From the IMG/VR virus record IMGVR_UViG_3300005934_000011, positions 1 to 37,562 of that record: a stretch of 37,562 nt of DNA; one strand, written 5' to 3'. Made by a program: the position numbers and the translations under genes. Shown piece by piece: positions 36,811-37,562 of the stretch (its first letter is position 1; each line of letters begins with the position of its first letter). Below the pieces are notes generated by a model that saw nothing but the letters and a program-made list of their open reading frames with translations, did no database searches and was not told the DNA's origin. Source of the stretch: a virus. Its lineage: Duplodnaviria; Caudoviricetes.

Positions 36811-37143
36811 ATGAAAGTTTCAGTTATTCATTCAGCATTCGGAGATACTCCCCACGTTGTAGCATTTGTTGATGTTCCAGAAGGAACAAAAGATATGGAT
36901 GCACTAGAGTATGCTTATCGTTGGACTAACAATGTAATGGGTTCTTGGTCTATCAAAAAAGAAGTTTTTGAAGACGGTGAATCTAATGGTGACTTTAATC
37001 CTAATGTCACTGTAATGGCTCCACTTCATGTTGATGATAGTGGCAAGGAATGGGGTTTGCGTTCCACATCTGTTGGTGACCAAATGCTTCTTGGTACTAA
37101 AAAGTATGAAGTTGCTAGTTTTGGTTTTGAGGAGATTGTATAA
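36811..37143 (+). CDS. Hypothetical phage protein, YodL-like RSxSVGD motif
   Basis: GAGAGG RBS; LRSTSVGDQ...Y.V..FGF C-terminal pattern. Confidence 0.65.
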   Translation: MKVSVIHSAFGDTPHVVAFVDVPEGTKDMDALEYAYRWTNNVMGSWSIKKEVFEDGESNGDFNPNVTVMAPLHVDDSGKEWGLRSTSVGDQMLLGTKKYEVASFGFEEIV

Positions 37144-37331
37144 TGGCAAAACAACAACTAAGAAATCCTGTAAGGGTTAAAATTGATGGTGTTGACGTAA
37201 CAAAAGACACTACAGTTGATGATGCATATCGTGTTCAAAAACTTATGCAACAAATGAACCCAGATTCTAAAATTGAAATTGTAAATGTAGAACCCACTCA
37301 AGGTTATACAAAATCAATTTACGAATTCTAA
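37143..37331 (+). CDS. Small hypothetical protein (62 aa)
   Basis: TAATG coupling to the upstream gene and a GGAG RBS. Confidence 0.6.
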   Translation: MAKQQLRNPVRVKIDGVDVTKDTTVDDAYRVQKLMQQMNPDSKIEIVNVEPTQGYTKSIYEF

Positions 37332-37562
37332 CTAAAACCAGGTACGTAACTCCACATTTTCGCAGTACGTATTTTCATAGCGGCTAGTTTTTCATCAAAC
37401 TGGCCGTTATTCTTTTTTATATTTGTTTGAATTTCATCTGTTATATCATACCACTTTTCATTATTAATTAAACTAATGATAGGATGATTTTCAATTTTAT
37501 CTACTCCTTGTTTAAAGAAGTAAAAACATAATGCATCAAATTGTGGTTGAGATAATTCTTTC
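37328..37562 (-). CDS. C-terminus of a divergent GH24 lysozyme-like protein (possibly a baseplate hub/gp5-like protein); 5' end outside window
   Basis: Not in the ORF track. Manual translation KELSQPQFDALCFYFFKQGVDKIENHPIISLINNEKWYDITDEIQTNIKKNNGQFDEKLAAMKIRTAKMWSYVPGFS* follows the L(S/T)QxQFDAL..F.F..G......L...IN pattern of phage lysozymes. Confidence 0.6.
   Translation of the reverse strand, partial: KELSQPQFDALCFYFFKQGVDKIENHPIISLINNEKWYDITDEIQTNIKKNNGQFDEKLAAMKIRTAKMWSYVPGFS
37377..37418 (+). terminator. Rho-independent terminator closing the plus-strand island
   Basis: ATAGCGGCTAGTTT-ttcatc-AAACTGGCCGTTAT: 14-bp stem with two G-U pairs, followed by TCTTTTTT, about 45 bp after the last plus-strand stop. 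Confidence 0.6.

Noticed and set aside
36381-37149. Minus-strand ORFs 36381-36689 and 36904-37149 (also 35495-35701)
   Set aside because: Antisense to plus-strand genes that have clear promoters and RBSs.
1-37562. tRNA/rRNA genes and stop-codon recoding
   Set aside because: Intergenic gaps are short and AT-rich with no cloverleaf seen; the standard code gives dense, full-length ORFs with TAA, TAG and TGA all used as stops.

Overview
AT-rich segment of a large (jumbo-type) myophage genome, in three parts. (1) 1-17697, minus strand: a tightly coupled operon of about 17.6 kb with its own sigma70-type promoter, running off the left edge. It encodes three GT-A-like glycosyltransferases, six radical SAM Fe-S enzymes (five with an N-terminal twitch/SPASM domain), a Stf0-like sulfotransferase, an SGNH protein, a GT-like/sulfotransferase/methyltransferase fusion, a GDP-fucose-synthase-like enzyme lacking its catalytic Tyr, and a DegT-type sugar aminotransferase. 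(2) 17701-34518, minus strand: a baseplate/tail module with gp25-like, gp6-like and 3109-aa wedge-type proteins, a 228-aa protein and two paralogous Ser/Thr-rich proteins, plus two GATAAATA late-promoter-like motifs. (3) 34578-37418, plus strand: an early-type island (clpP, a PD-(D/E)XK-like protein, four small ORFs) with sigma70 promoters carrying GANTC sites, ending at a terminator embedded in a minus-strand lysozyme-like gene. The best candidate for an undescribed system is a phage-encoded, radical-SAM-rich glycan synthesis and tailoring pathway, possibly decorating the virion. All assignments come from motif recognition by eye; no searches were run.
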